Below are positions 45,203 through 55,471 of a stretch of DNA of 63,813 nucleotides, piece after piece. How positions within the stretch are numbered: position 1 is the first letter of the stretch; each line of letters starts with the position of its first letter. Source of the DNA: a virus (lineage: Duplodnaviria > Caudoviricetes); IMG/VR virus record IMGVR_UViG_3300044630_005032, positions 1-63,813 of that record; one strand, written 5' to 3'. Made by a program: the position numbers and the translations under genes. The notes beneath the pieces were generated by a model. The model searched no databases. It was not told where the DNA came from and saw only the letters and a list, made by a program, of their open reading frames with translations.

Positions 45203-48200
45203 TGCCGGCCGCACCGGTTGATGTTCGCGCACAGGTATTCAGCAACCTGGGCCCTGTGATCAGTGGGCAGCTATCGGATGATCCGATTGCGCCGGGGGTG
45301 GGCCTCCTGCGCACGCAAGGGGAGGTGGTGATCAGCGGCCTAATCCAGCCTGCTCGGGGGACTGAGCTGCTGCTGGGGGTGCGCTCACCCGGGGGGAAGC
45401 TCACGCGGTTCCCCAGGCGCCTCCGGGTGATCAAAGCTGATAGCGACCCGATCAACAATGAAACAACCTTGACGGTCGGGTGCCTGCTGGCCCTGAAGTG
45501 GGATCTGGTGCAACCGGAGATTTACTACGCCACCGACTACCCAGCCTGGACACCGGTTGATACGGCAGCAGGCTCGACGCCAAACATCTGCTTCTTGAGC
45601 AGCGTGGTAGCCGTTGCGCTCGACCGGTGCGGGATCACCCAGGCCACGGGCAACCCTGGGATCACGTTCGCCAAGGCGGTGGCCAGCATCGATCTATCCG
45701 GGGGCTACCTGGAGATCGCCAGCCGGATCATTGCGGAAGCGGGCTTCTACGGCTTCATCGATGCTGCCGACAAGCTACGGCTCCGCCGGGTGCTGGTTCC
45801 TGCCACTAAGGGGCCGTTCCTGACGATCAACGAATTGCTCACCATCGAGGCGATCGGCAACCCGCCGCCGCCGGAGGAGATCACGATCAGCAATGGTCAG
45901 TTGGGCTTGCCTACTGTTCAGGCTTCGCCTAACTACCTGCCGCTCCCAAGTGGAAGCGAGCCTTACACGTGGCTACGTGGCGATGACGGCTATTACGGCG
46001 GCGGCGGTACTGGGGGCGGTGTCGGTGCTGGGGGCGGTACTGGCGGTGGCGGCAACGACGGCGGCGGCGGTGGTGATGATGGTGGCGGTGACGGCGGTGG
46101 TGATGATGGTGATGACGACGAAGGTACGGGTGGAGGCCCACTTAGGGACTGGATCTTCCAGCAAACGATTAGTCCTGCCGAAACTTTTGCAGTTGAGTAC
46201 AGGTTTAGAATTGCAGGCCCGCCCGTAAGGTTTGAGACAAGATCTGATTCAGTGAGCTTTGTTTCTGTATCCGAGGTAGTTACCGAGTACGATACAATCA
46301 AATGGTTTGATAAGGACAACAAACTACAAAATCAAGATGTAATTAAGGGTACAATATCAACTACTACAACCTGCGTCGGTGCTGCTAACCCTACCCGGTG
46401 GAAGTCGAAGCTTGAAGCGGGAAGTCCGGCATTCCCAAGTGCCGTATTAACAAAAATCACTCAAACTTACTATGGCTACCAACTTACAGAGGATGGCCCC
46501 ATAGAAACAATGGTAACAACGGATGAATACGAACCACGCATTGCCTTTGCCGGTGGCTTGTCGATTGAAAATTACAAAAACATTGACCTTGGAACCGGCA
46601 ACATCCTGCTTCGCAGAACAATAGTAGAAAAGGAAGGGAATGTAGCTGCTGGACTAACAAAGCAAGCCACGGTCATTTATGAAGCCTGGGGGGCTACTGC
46701 GGCCGGGAAGACGGTTGCGGCCTCGATTATGGCTGGCCTAAAAAGAGCAGAGGAGGCCGACCGGATCAGCGGAACCTACACCCTCGTTGATCGCATGAGC
46801 GCTCTGGTCTGTCGCGGGGTTGAGAAGACAATCAACATCGGGCGTGGTACGGCCCCGGCCCAGCCGAACAAACTAGACCAGGAGAATGAAAGGCTGCAAG
46901 GTGCTCAGGAAAGGCTGAGCACCAACGGTAGCTGGAATCAGTCTGGCCCATTAGGCAAGCCCTATGAAAGCCAGTATGTAGATATGTCGTTTGGCTCCGC
47001 TGGAACGAATAGCACAGATAAATATGATATGCAGTTTGCCCCTGATAGCTACCTGCGACCCGCTACGGATGCTGGCGACAATAACACGGGGTTAAAGTAT
47101 GTCTACGTTTCTAGCGCAACTGCCGCCTACGAATACGGCAGGGCGATCCACTACATCCTGTCAGGGATGGCCAATGGCAAGAGCATCACCACCGAGCTGC
47201 GCAACATCCCCAGCGAACCCATGGGCACCCTCTACCTGGAGGCGGCCGGCACCGTGGGCAGGTTTCGCGCCAACGGCACCACCTTCGCCTGGGACGCTCA
47301 GGGGCTGGTCGTGGGTTGTGATGCCATGCTCGACGGCGGGGCGGGCTTGGTGACCGGTGCTAGTGGTGATGACTGGTTCCCGATGATGGTTGCCGCAACC
47401 AACCTGCCGACCGTTACCGCCACGGTCAACAGCACCCCAGCCCTGGCGAACACGATCACAGCGCCGGGTGGGTTTGACCCGATGGCACCGGGGAACGTCT
47501 GGGCCAGCTTTGGGACAACTGGTGTCGAGGGGGATGTGTACGCGGCTGATCTGACCAGGGCCAGTGTGGTGGGGGCTGTGGCGGAGAATGTGCAGCGGGA
47601 AAGCGTGAGCCGCTCGCTCACCTGGGTCTTGGAGGCTCCTTATAGCTTGACTGCAACAACCGAAAGCCTTGTCAGCGTAACGGTGAACTACGGGACCGCC
47701 TCGGTTGTGAATGAGATGTTTGCAGGCAGCGGGTCTGGCGTTATCGCAGACCTGTCAGCCGAGATCACCCCAGAGCGGTTGTATGCAGGCAGCGGGTCTG
47801 GAGTTATCGCAGATCTCTCGGGTGAAGTATTCATAGAGCGGTTGCTTGCAGGCAGTGGGTCTGGAGTTATTGCGGACCTGTCGACTGAAACCCTTGCATT
47901 GTTTGCAGGCAGCGGGTCTGGGGTTATTGAGGGAGACAATGGAGCCGATCCCTACTTCTCATCCGTGATTCTGCTTTGCGGGTTTAACGGATCCAACGAG
48001 TCTACGACTATTGTTGATGAAGGCCCGCTGGGACTCACGCTAACAGCATCGGGAAGTGCTCAAATTTCTACAGCGCAATCCGTATATGGTGGCAGCTCGC
48101 TAAGTATGGCGGGCACCGGAGGTGTAAGCCTGCCCAGCGATTCTAGACTAGTCTTGACCGGCGACTTTACTTTAGACGCGAGATGTTGGTTTAATGTTGC

Positions 48201-48564
48201 CAATAGAAAAGACATGATACTAGGCGGGCGCTCATTAGCTGCTAATATGCAACTTGCAAGAGAAAGCGGAACGGAGCTATCGATGTATAACGGCGCGCCT
48301 CGGGCAGCTTCCTTTGCAACTAGCGCTAATACTTGGTATGCACTGCGTTGGGCACGAAGCGGCTCAACCGTGTATTTCTTTGCAGATGGAACACTTCTCG
48401 GCACAGGGACGCTAACAGGCGACTTTGACTTCTCAGGCGGCGCTATTGGGAACTTGTTTGGCAATGACATCCTTAATGGCTTTGTTGATGAGCTTCGTCT
48501 CACGGCCGTCTGCCGATCCACCGCCAACTACACAGTTGACTCCGCACAATTCCCAAGACTATAA
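45202..48564 (+). CDS. Tail tip / host-recognition protein with C-terminal LamG/ConA-like domain
   Basis: 1120 aa; DPYFSSVILL...GDFTLDA...NGFVDELRLT; Gly/Asp linker. Confidence 0.75.
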   Translation: MPAAPVDVRAQVFSNLGPVISGQLSDDPIAPGVGLLRTQGEVVISGLIQPARGTELLLGVRSPGGKLTRFPRRLRVIKADSDPINNETTLTVGCLLALKWDLVQPEIYYATDYPAWTPVDTAAGSTPNICFLSSVVAVALDRCGITQATGNPGITFAKAVASIDLSGGYLEIASRIIAEAGFYGFIDAADKLRLRRVLVPATKGPFLTINELLTIEAIGNPPPPEEITISNGQLGLPTVQASPNYLPLPSGSEPYTWLRGDDGYYGGGGTGGGVGAGGGTGGGGNDGGGGGDDGGGDGGGDDGDDDEGTGGGPLRDWIFQQTISPAETFAVEYRFRIAGPPVRFETRSDSVSFVSVSEVVTEYDTIKWFDKDNKLQNQDVIKGTISTTTTCVGAANPTRWKSKLEAGSPAFPSAVLTKITQTYYGYQLTEDGPIETMVTTDEYEPRIAFAGGLSIENYKNIDLGTGNILLRRTIVEKEGNVAAGLTKQATVIYEAWGATAAGKTVAASIMAGLKRAEEADRISGTYTLVDRMSALVCRGVEKTINIGRGTAPAQPNKLDQENERLQGAQERLSTNGSWNQSGPLGKPYESQYVDMSFGSAGTNSTDKYDMQFAPDSYLRPATDAGDNNTGLKYVYVSSATAAYEYGRAIHYILSGMANGKSITTELRNIPSEPMGTLYLEAAGTVGRFRANGTTFAWDAQGLVVGCDAMLDGGAGLVTGASGDDWFPMMVAATNLPTVTATVNSTPALANTITAPGGFDPMAPGNVWASFGTTGVEGDVYAADLTRASVVGAVAENVQRESVSRSLTWVLEAPYSLTATTESLVSVTVNYGTASVVNEMFAGSGSGVIADLSAEITPERLYAGSGSGVIADLSGEVFIERLLAGSGSGVIADLSTETLALFAGSGSGVIEGDNGADPYFSSVILLCGFNGSNESTTIVDEGPLGLTLTASGSAQISTAQSVYGGSSLSMAGTGGVSLPSDSRLVLTGDFTLDARCWFNVANRKDMILGGRSLAANMQLARESGTELSMYNGAPRAASFATSANTWYALRWARSGSTVYFFADGTLLGTGTLTGDFDFSGGAIGNLFGNDILNGFVDELRLTAVCRSTANYTVDSAQFPRL
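47722..47929 (+). repeat. Four coding repeats (AGSGSGVI), 63/63/57-bp spacing
   Basis: GCAGGCAGYGGGTCTGG at 47722, 47785, 47848, 47905. Confidence 0.85.
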
Positions 48565-48620
48565 AGCAGGTGCTTGAGATCCCGCTGAACCGGGAAAACT
48601 GAAGCAGATACGGAAAACCC

Positions 48621-49064
48621 ATGCCTGCCGCAATGCTCCAGACCCCCTACGAGGCCGAGCGGTTGTTTGCCGGGGACTATGCCGGCAAGAAAGCCCGCCT
48701 GTGCCTGGCAACGACCACTTCAGGATCCCCCAACCTCAGTTCAAACACGGCGGCATGGGATGCCGTAGAGCGCAGCGGCTCGGGCTATGCACGGTGCGAG
48801 TGGACAATTCCAGCAGGCAGCTTCAACACCACCACAGACCGCTTTGAGGCGGGCTCGTACACCTGCACGTTCACCGCTTCAGGCTCAGCGCTTACCTGGA
48901 ACGCTGCCTATCTGGTGATCGGCACGATCAGCGGCAGCACCGTGACATGGGGCACTGGCGTGTCGTTTGTGCTCACCGAGAGCCCCAGTATCAGCCTCGC
49001 AGCGGGATTGAGCCGCATCTACACGGTCCAGTTGTTCACCGATGGGTTCACGGTAACCGCCTGA
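48621..49064 (+). CDS. Virion structural protein (minor tail)
   Basis: SGSGYAR, FTASGS; similar to the next ORF; late motif at 48593. Confidence 0.55.
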   Translation: MPAAMLQTPYEAERLFAGDYAGKKARLCLATTTSGSPNLSSNTAAWDAVERSGSGYARCEWTIPAGSFNTTTDRFEAGSYTCTFTASGSALTWNAAYLVIGTISGSTVTWGTGVSFVLTESPSISLAAGLSRIYTVQLFTDGFTVTA

Positions 49065-49094
49065 TCGGGAAAGCTCCTGTAAGCGGTTGCTGCA

Positions 49095-49493
49095 ATGGAC
49101 GTTCTAATCTCACCGGATGCGCTGGCCAAGCAGGCGCAGCTCACCTACGAAGGCAAAACCTACAAGCTGATGCTGTGCTTCCGCGATGGCGAGGTGCTGA
49201 CGCAAGCCAGCCTGATGAGCGCCTGGAATGCGGTGAAGCTGGCGAATGGTAACGGTTACACAGAGAAGACCGGCACCATCGGGACCGGCAGCTTCAATAG
49301 CGGCAATGCCCGCTACGAACTTCCGCAGTTCACGCTGTCGCTAACGGCATCAGGCAGTGGCTTCACGTTCGATGCGATCGTGCTACAGGTGGACAACCGC
49401 ACCTATCCCGATCGGGTGGTGCTACTGCCGACGCCTGAGACGCTGCAATCAGGGCAAAGCAAGAGCTTCGTGCTGTTGCTGGCCCAGGGATGA
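49095..49493 (+). CDS. Virion structural protein (minor tail)
   Basis: GNGYTE, GSFN...RYE, LTASGSG; late motif at 49068. Confidence 0.55.
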   Translation: MDVLISPDALAKQAQLTYEGKTYKLMLCFRDGEVLTQASLMSAWNAVKLANGNGYTEKTGTIGTGSFNSGNARYELPQFTLSLTASGSGFTFDAIVLQVDNRTYPDRVVLLPTPETLQSGQSKSFVLLLAQG

Positions 49494-50338
49494 GCCTGAT
49501 CGTTGACATCAACCCGGTACCCTGGAAGATCCTGGATCTTGTAAAAGCTCGGATCCTGAAGAACCGGGCGAAGAAGGCAAAGAAGGGGCTGGACTGGTCT
49601 AAGGAAACGCTGAGGCGGGAGATGGCCTTGTCTCCGGCGCCGTTGATAAGCAGGAAAAGGGATGAACCTAGTTTTGTGCCTTCAGGAAGGTTTGTAACCT
49701 ACACTATTGAAGGTATAAGAGACTTTGATGTTGATGGCGACGGCACTGGTGCAATTACGGCTACCATTGTTGACGAATGGACAATCTACGCAGAATGGGA
49801 TGGATACGAAAAACAGGTCTGGGCAAAGCTTTATCATACCGACATTAGAGGTTCAGGGTTTGAAACTGTGCCCAGAAGCGCAATGTATATTTCAACTTTT
49901 ATAGATCCTCAGTCTGGGGACGAATCACCGCCACTTATATCTTATGTGCGTTATGGCGGATTTGCTATTATTGGGGGCCCTTTTGCAGGAAACATTGCTA
50001 TTGTTATGGCAATGACACTAGAAAACCCAATACCGTTTGACGATTTTCCAGAAACAACCACTGATAATTTCGGCAGGCTCATAAACCCTGCAATTATACC
50101 CGCATCAGGAACAGACTTACTTGCGGCCGGGCAAAATCCCTTGCATGCCTGGACACCAGGGGGGCCCAGTTCCGCGGTACTTGGCTACCCTTTTATTTAT
50201 GGAGTAACTGCAGCCAATCCCCTAGCCAACGAATACGACATCTCTAGGATTGAGCTTGCTGCAGGCTACAACAAAACTTCATCAGTAGCGCTGACAGAGG
50301 AGGCTTCTTACAGCGTCTCCATCACTGTTGACCCATGA
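49490..50338 (+). CDS. Hypothetical protein with GC-rich N-terminus and AT-rich remainder
   Basis: Composition shifts after RKRDEP. Confidence 0.6.
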   Translation: MSLIVDINPVPWKILDLVKARILKNRAKKAKKGLDWSKETLRREMALSPAPLISRKRDEPSFVPSGRFVTYTIEGIRDFDVDGDGTGAITATIVDEWTIYAEWDGYEKQVWAKLYHTDIRGSGFETVPRSAMYISTFIDPQSGDESPPLISYVRYGGFAIIGGPFAGNIAIVMAMTLENPIPFDDFPETTTDNFGRLINPAIIPASGTDLLAAGQNPLHAWTPGGPSSAVLGYPFIYGVTAANPLANEYDISRIELAAGYNKTSSVALTEEASYSVSITVDP

Positions 50339-50517
50339 ATACCCCCCAACCCTCCTCCATCGAGACCCTCCTAGAGACGGTGCAAACCCGGCAGCTCGCC
50401 AACCGCATGGCCGCTGCCGAACGCGAGCAGGAGCGACGACAACGACCTAAGCCACAGGGCAAACGCTAAGCCGGAAAGCTGCGCTGTAGTTGCTCGCGGG
50501 CGTGATGCCCCGACCAA

Positions 50518-51336
50518 ATGAACAAGCGATGGTTTGAACAGTTCATCCTCCAGAGCCCCGAGGGTGGCAGCGAGGGTGGCGGCGGTGCTGGTGCAGGTGG
50601 TGGTGCAGTTGCTGGAGCCGGTGCAAGCCAGGGCGCTACCGACCCTGCTGCCGGCGCTGGTGATGGCGAGGGGACCGGTGATGACGACCTATCCCGCGTC
50701 AAGCACACCCTTGACCGTGAGCGTGAAATCAACCGTGCAAATCAGCGCCGCATGGGTGCCCTGGAGGCCCAGTTACGGGAGCTGAGCAACACCAACCCTG
50801 AAGCGGTACGGGCGGCGGAAGCTAAGGCCCAGCAGGAGCAGGCGCGACGCGAGCTGATCGAGCAGCAGGCGGCCCTGGAGCGCCAGCAGATCGAGGCCAA
50901 ATACTCGCAGCAACTGGAAGCATCCACCACTGCCCTTCAGGCCGAGCGGGAAGCCCGCCAGCGCGAGCTGGTTCGGCAGCTAGCCGAGAAGGCCTTCATC
51001 GGCGCCAAGGGATCCACCGAGGTATCCGAAATCGACGGCAGCACCCCCTTCGATTCGGTCTGGAGCCGCTTTGGCCCTCAGTTCCGCAATGAAGACGGCG
51101 CACTTGTGGTCGTTGATGCCAACGGCAGCCCAGAGATCGACCCGGAAACCGGCAAGCGCTTTGAGCCCGTCAAGTGGCTCCGGCGGCTGCAATCCGATCC
51201 CGTGTGGGGGCGCAACTTCGAGCCCGCCATGGGAACCGGCAGCGGGGCGCGTAGCAGCCGTGATGGTCGCGTTTCCAGTGGCACTGACCTTCTAACTATG
51301 CCCTCTGGCCAGGCGATTTCCACGGTCTTTGGCTGA
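50518..51336 (+). CDS. Capsid scaffolding protein
   Basis: Gly-rich N-terminus, coiled coil, GTGSG C-terminus; upstream of the capsid gene. Confidence 0.75.
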   Translation: MNKRWFEQFILQSPEGGSEGGGGAGAGGGAVAGAGASQGATDPAAGAGDGEGTGDDDLSRVKHTLDREREINRANQRRMGALEAQLRELSNTNPEAVRAAEAKAQQEQARRELIEQQAALERQQIEAKYSQQLEASTTALQAEREARQRELVRQLAEKAFIGAKGSTEVSEIDGSTPFDSVWSRFGPQFRNEDGALVVVDANGSPEIDPETGKRFEPVKWLRRLQSDPVWGRNFEPAMGTGSGARSSRDGRVSSGTDLLTMPSGQAISTVFG

Positions 51337-51370
51337 ACGGCTTAGGGATCGGGGAAACATCGGACAACAG

Positions 51371-51456
51371 GGATCGACCGATGGCGTGATGCCTAGGTCG
51401 ATTCCAAATCAATCAGCTCGGCGTGATGCCTTGCGGTGTTCTTTCGGCGTGATGCC
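51371..51456 (+). promoter_or_regulatory. Capsid 5' leader with three GGCGTGATGCC hairpins
   Basis: Copies at 51383, 51420, 51446; fourth copy at 50499 in the scaffold leader. Confidence 0.65.
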
Positions 51457-51488
51457 ACCCCCCTTGACCTTCACCTGGATTTCCCCCA

Positions 51489-52403
51489 ATGGGACTTACG
51501 ATTTTGGAGGCCGCCAAAACTGATACCAATCAGAAGCGGGTGGCCATTGTTCGCGGTCTTGCTGAAAGCGAGATGATCAGCCTTGTGCCCTTCGCCAATG
51601 TGATGGGTGGCTTGGACTACGGCACCGAGGAAGAGCTGCCAGGCGTTGGTTTTCGTGCCCTAAACGAAACCTACGACCCCAGCTATGGTGTCATCAATCC
51701 GCAGTATGAACGGCTGAACTACTTCGGTGGAGACATCGATGTGGACATTCAGATCCTCAAGAATAAAGGGCGTCAGGCGAGGGCTGATCAGATCACAATG
51801 AAAGTGCGCTCAATGCGCCTTACATTTGAAGATGTCATGATCAACGGCGACGCAGCGGTCGACCCTCGCGCTTTTGATGGCCTCAGGAAGCGTCTTCCTA
51901 CCGACTGCTCACAAGCGGTCAACATCAACGGAGCCCTTTCGCTCACTGGACTTGATGAGCTGATTGATGCCGTAGATGGTGACAACAAGATCCTGCACAT
52001 GAACAAAACGATGCGTCGGCGCCTTACGGCTGCCAGTCGCAACACTGCCATCGGCGGGTTCATTACTTACGAGCAGGATGCCTTTGGTCGTAGGGTTACT
52101 TACTACAACGATGCTCGCATTGTAGTAACAGACACCAACGCCCAGAACGTGCAGATCCAGGGCTTCACGGAAGATACCAACCGCACCAGTATTTACTGCG
52201 TGTCCTATGGCGATATGGAGGTCACCGGCATCCAAGGCCCTGATTCTGCTGGTGGCTACGGAATCGACATCAAGGAGTTCGGGGAAGTCTCTGATGCTCC
52301 TGTTGATCGGACCCGGATTGACTGGTCAATCGGCCTGGCAATCAAGAACGGCCGATCTGCCGCCCGCGCCTACGGCATCACCAATGCTGCGGTAACCGCC
52401 TGA
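51489..52403 (+). CDS. Major capsid protein
   Basis: LTILEAAK, LPGVGFRALNE, GGDIDVD, INGD...FDGLRKR, TSIYCV. Confidence 0.88.
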   Translation: MGLTILEAAKTDTNQKRVAIVRGLAESEMISLVPFANVMGGLDYGTEEELPGVGFRALNETYDPSYGVINPQYERLNYFGGDIDVDIQILKNKGRQARADQITMKVRSMRLTFEDVMINGDAAVDPRAFDGLRKRLPTDCSQAVNINGALSLTGLDELIDAVDGDNKILHMNKTMRRRLTAASRNTAIGGFITYEQDAFGRRVTYYNDARIVVTDTNAQNVQIQGFTEDTNRTSIYCVSYGDMEVTGIQGPDSAGGYGIDIKEFGEVSDAPVDRTRIDWSIGLAIKNGRSAARAYGITNAAVTA

Positions 52404-52441
52404 TCATCGCTACACCTATCCACTTTCCAAGGTACTGATTC

Positions 52442-52912
52442 ATGGCTCGTTCTACTGGTCTTGCCCGCCGGCAGGGCTATCAACTGGATGCTGAGACCAT
52501 CCTGCTCGGTCTGGTCAAGGCGGGGGCCCGTGGCCGCGCTGCTGAGACCCGCACTGGCGCCGCTCGTCTGCTCAGCACCAATCTGGCCGCCCAGAACATG
52601 GTGAAGATCGAAGGCTTTGGCCAATCCAGCACTTCGGCTGGCGGCTACCTGGTGCAAGCTGCCCACGTTGCTGAAGGTGCTGCGATTGGCACCGCCTCGG
52701 CCTACGCCACCATCGGCGTGATCAGCTTTACCGCTGGTCGGATCAACAAGGTCGCCCTTTCTGGTGAGCAGATCCGAGAAGCGGTAAAGGCTGCCGGTTC
52801 GCTGACCGGTGACATCCGGGTGGTGGCAGTTCGGCTGACTGCAGGAACCGGAGCCAATGGTGCTGCGGTTCCTGCGGGCACGAACACCGTGGCGATCTGC
52901 CCAGCGGAGTGA
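52442..52912 (+). CDS. Putative capsid decoration/cement protein
   Basis: Small beta-rich ORF directly after the capsid gene. Confidence 0.55.
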   Translation: MARSTGLARRQGYQLDAETILLGLVKAGARGRAAETRTGAARLLSTNLAAQNMVKIEGFGQSSTSAGGYLVQAAHVAEGAAIGTASAYATIGVISFTAGRINKVALSGEQIREAVKAAGSLTGDIRVVAVRLTAGTGANGAAVPAGTNTVAICPAE

Positions 52913-52936
52913 GCCGAAAGCGGCTTGTGATGACCT

Positions 52937-52957
52937 GGGGGCCCTTTGGGGCCCTTT
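52937..52957 (+). terminator. Putative terminator after the capsid operon
   Basis: GGGCCC-TTTG-GGGCCC-TTT. Confidence 0.45.
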
Positions 52958-52973
52958 CCACTATGGAGGCCCC

Positions 52974-53222
52974 ATGAACATTTCGGTAGGCGTTGGCGTT
53001 GACCTGGAGCAGCTGCAGCAGGCCGTCAACGAGCCAGGTGAACCCCAGCAATCAGCGGCTGAGCCCGAGCACCAGGAGCCCGTTCAGGAGGCTGCTGAGC
53101 AGGCCACCGAAGAAGCGGTGGCGTGCCCCACCCCAAAGCGCAAGAGAGCGCGGGTGACAGGCGGGCGGTTTGCGGCTGACGACCCGTCCACCGCTGCAAA
53201 TGAGGCGTGGTCGGAAAGCTGA
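52974..53222 (+). CDS. Hypothetical protein
   Basis: GGAGG upstream; KRAR..GRFAADDPST..NEAW. Confidence 0.6.
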   Translation: MNISVGVGVDLEQLQQAVNEPGEPQQSAAEPEHQEPVQEAAEQATEEAVACPTPKRKRARVTGGRFAADDPSTAANEAWSES

Positions 53223-53270
53223 GGCAGTGATCAAGCGGTCTGCCGCTAAACACCACCCCAGGAGACTTGC

Positions 53271-53672
53271 ATGGCCTTTCAGTTTTCAGTAGGAGCACGG
53301 AACGCCGCCCTTGATGCAATCGAGACGGCAGCGGGTACGGCGCCCACGCTGACCATTCGCACTGGCTCTGTGCCGGCCAACTGCGCGACCGCTAGAACCG
53401 GCACGGTGCTTGCAACGCTGACGCTTCCATCCGATTGGCTAGCGGCGGCATCAAACGGATCAAAAACCCTCGCCGGCACCTGGCAAGACCTATCAGCAGA
53501 CGCTGCCGGCACAGCGGCTCATTTCAGTATTGATCAAGGAGCCACTTGTCATATTCAGGGCACGGTGACTGCAACCGGCGGCGGCGGCGACATGACACTT
53601 GACAACACCTCGATCGCCACGGGTCAGCAAGTGAACATCACGGCCTTCACCCTGACCGCTGGAGGTGCCTGA
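53271..53672 (+). CDS. Virion structural protein
   Basis: RNAALDAI, GTVLATLTL, GTAAHF, GGGGDMTLDNTSI; late motif at 53213. Confidence 0.65.
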   Translation: MAFQFSVGARNAALDAIETAAGTAPTLTIRTGSVPANCATARTGTVLATLTLPSDWLAAASNGSKTLAGTWQDLSADAAGTAAHFSIDQGATCHIQGTVTATGGGGDMTLDNTSIATGQQVNITAFTLTAGGA

Positions 53673-53710
53673 TGGCGGTTCCTTGGCCGCGCCACTTATG
53701 GGGGTAAGAA

Positions 53711-54175
53711 ATGGCAACCCGAGAACAGAAAATCGCAGCGAAGGTGGCAGAGGCGCAGTTTGCCGGGATCGCAGAAGCGGATGTTGCCGCCGCGCTCAAT
53801 GCACCAGATAGCAACCTACCAACCAAACGGAGTGATGTGGCCACTTATGACGCCAGGGAAGTTCTGCTTTCTACGGGTGAATGGGGAGCAGTAGTTCTCG
53901 CTGCCGAGAATGCTGCAGTTCCTGAACAGGTGCGCGGTGCGTGCATTGTTCTGCGTGACGCAATTATCCAAACCTCGACAATCAGGATCAGTATGCCAAC
54001 GATATACAGCGCAACGGCCAACCTGCTTGGCGTTCTAGTTTCTGCCGGAATTTTGACAAATGCAACCCGCAATGCACTGATGGCACTCGCAGACGTAGCC
54101 CAATCCTGGGCGGAAATGGAAGGGGTGGGTGTTGTCACGATCCGTGACATTGGAATCGCAAGGGGGAGCATCTGA
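53711..54175 (+). CDS. Hypothetical protein
   Basis: VAAALNAP...SWAE; in late operon. Confidence 0.6.
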   Translation: MATREQKIAAKVAEAQFAGIAEADVAAALNAPDSNLPTKRSDVATYDAREVLLSTGEWGAVVLAAENAAVPEQVRGACIVLRDAIIQTSTIRISMPTIYSATANLLGVLVSAGILTNATRNALMALADVAQSWAEMEGVGVVTIRDIGIARGSI

Positions 54176-54606
54176 TGGCCGTCGCAAAATGGGCAGCGCC
54201 CGCTACTCGCGGGTCTAACATTGCCGGAAACGCGATCAATTCCCTAGCGAATGGATCGGAGACAACTTCTGGTAACGCAATCGCTTACGACAACGGCACC
54301 AGTAGGGATCTTTATGCAGCGGTTACCATCAAGCTAGCTTCTTTTACACCGACTGCGGGCGGGTCCGTCACGCTGCGCGTTTATAGCGGTGACGGCACAG
54401 ATGTTCCAGACATCGGCGGAGGCCCTTTTGACAGCTATGTGGCAGCACTAACAGTGACCACAGGTGCCAAGGTCGCAGTGTTCCCAATGGTGCGGCTATA
54501 TCCTTTTTCAAACATGCGATTCACGGTCGTAAACAACGCAGGCGTCTCAACGGCATCAAGCGGACACGAACTTTACATCCGCCCGTTCAACGAGGATGTC
54601 AGCTAA
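54175..54606 (+). CDS. Virion structural protein
   Basis: Beta-rich; coupled ORF. Confidence 0.55.
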   Translation: MAVAKWAAPATRGSNIAGNAINSLANGSETTSGNAIAYDNGTSRDLYAAVTIKLASFTPTAGGSVTLRVYSGDGTDVPDIGGGPFDSYVAALTVTTGAKVAVFPMVRLYPFSNMRFTVVNNAGVSTASSGHELYIRPFNEDVS

Positions 54607-55469
54607 TGCCTCGCGGGGTGTCGCCACTGGATGAGGCGCGGTTACAGGGGAGGCTCTGGACGCCGGCCCAACTGCGCACCGCCTTGTGGCTTGATGCTGC
54701 CGATTTGTCCACCATCAGCACGGCCACGGGCGTCAGCGAATGGCGGGACAAGAGCGGGAACGCAAGAAACTTCACGCAAGGGACTGGCGGTACACAACCC
54801 ACGCTCACGCCAGGGGCGCTGAATGGCAGAAACGTACTGGCCTTCAACGGGTCGCAATGGCTGACCTCTGTGAATACAGTGGCAACATGGAACTTCCTGC
54901 ACAACACCAACGGATCGAGCATCTTTGCCGTCTGGAAAGCCGGAAACATCAGCGATCCCAATGCAATCTATGGTTTGATGGGGAGCAATGCGGCTACATC
55001 GGCCAATATCGGCGCCTATATCGCCTATGACGACAGGGCTAGTGCTCCCAGAAACAATACCATTCTCGTCCAGGTTTCGGGTGGTGGCAGTACGTCTGTG
55101 GCGGCTGCGTCTGCCGACGGTCTGATGCCTGCCAATACGCCTGTCATTCTTTCGCACATCGCCGATCCCAATAATGGCACTGCCGCCAACAGGTCATTTG
55201 TTCGGGTCAACAAGACACTGAGTCAAATCAACGCCTCACCGGCTGCTCCCTCTGCGTCCAACGCATCCTTTGCTTTGCAGATCGCCGCGCTTGGCAATAA
55301 CACACTGCCGCTTGTCGGCTACATTGCTGAAATCATCGTCCTTGCATCTATTGCGAGCGCCAGGGTTCGGCAGCAGATCGATGGCTATCTGGCGTGGAAG
55401 TGGGGTTTGCGAGACGCCCTGACCACCGGCCATCCCTTCGCTAACCGCCCGAACCTCATCGGAGACTAG
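54606..55469 (+). CDS. LamG/ConA-like fibre or spike protein
   Basis: LWLDAAD...VSEWRDKSGN...GYIAEII...GYLAWKWG. Confidence 0.7.
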   Translation: MPRGVSPLDEARLQGRLWTPAQLRTALWLDAADLSTISTATGVSEWRDKSGNARNFTQGTGGTQPTLTPGALNGRNVLAFNGSQWLTSVNTVATWNFLHNTNGSSIFAVWKAGNISDPNAIYGLMGSNAATSANIGAYIAYDDRASAPRNNTILVQVSGGGSTSVAAASADGLMPANTPVILSHIADPNNGTAANRSFVRVNKTLSQINASPAAPSASNASFALQIAALGNNTLPLVGYIAEIIVLASIASARVRQQIDGYLAWKWGLRDALTTGHPFANRPNLIGD

Positions 55470-55471
55470 CC

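Noticed and set aside
45980-46140. GGC/GGT-rich tract as a second GGY array
   Set aside because: Period is 3 and it is in frame as a Gly/Asp linker of the tail protein
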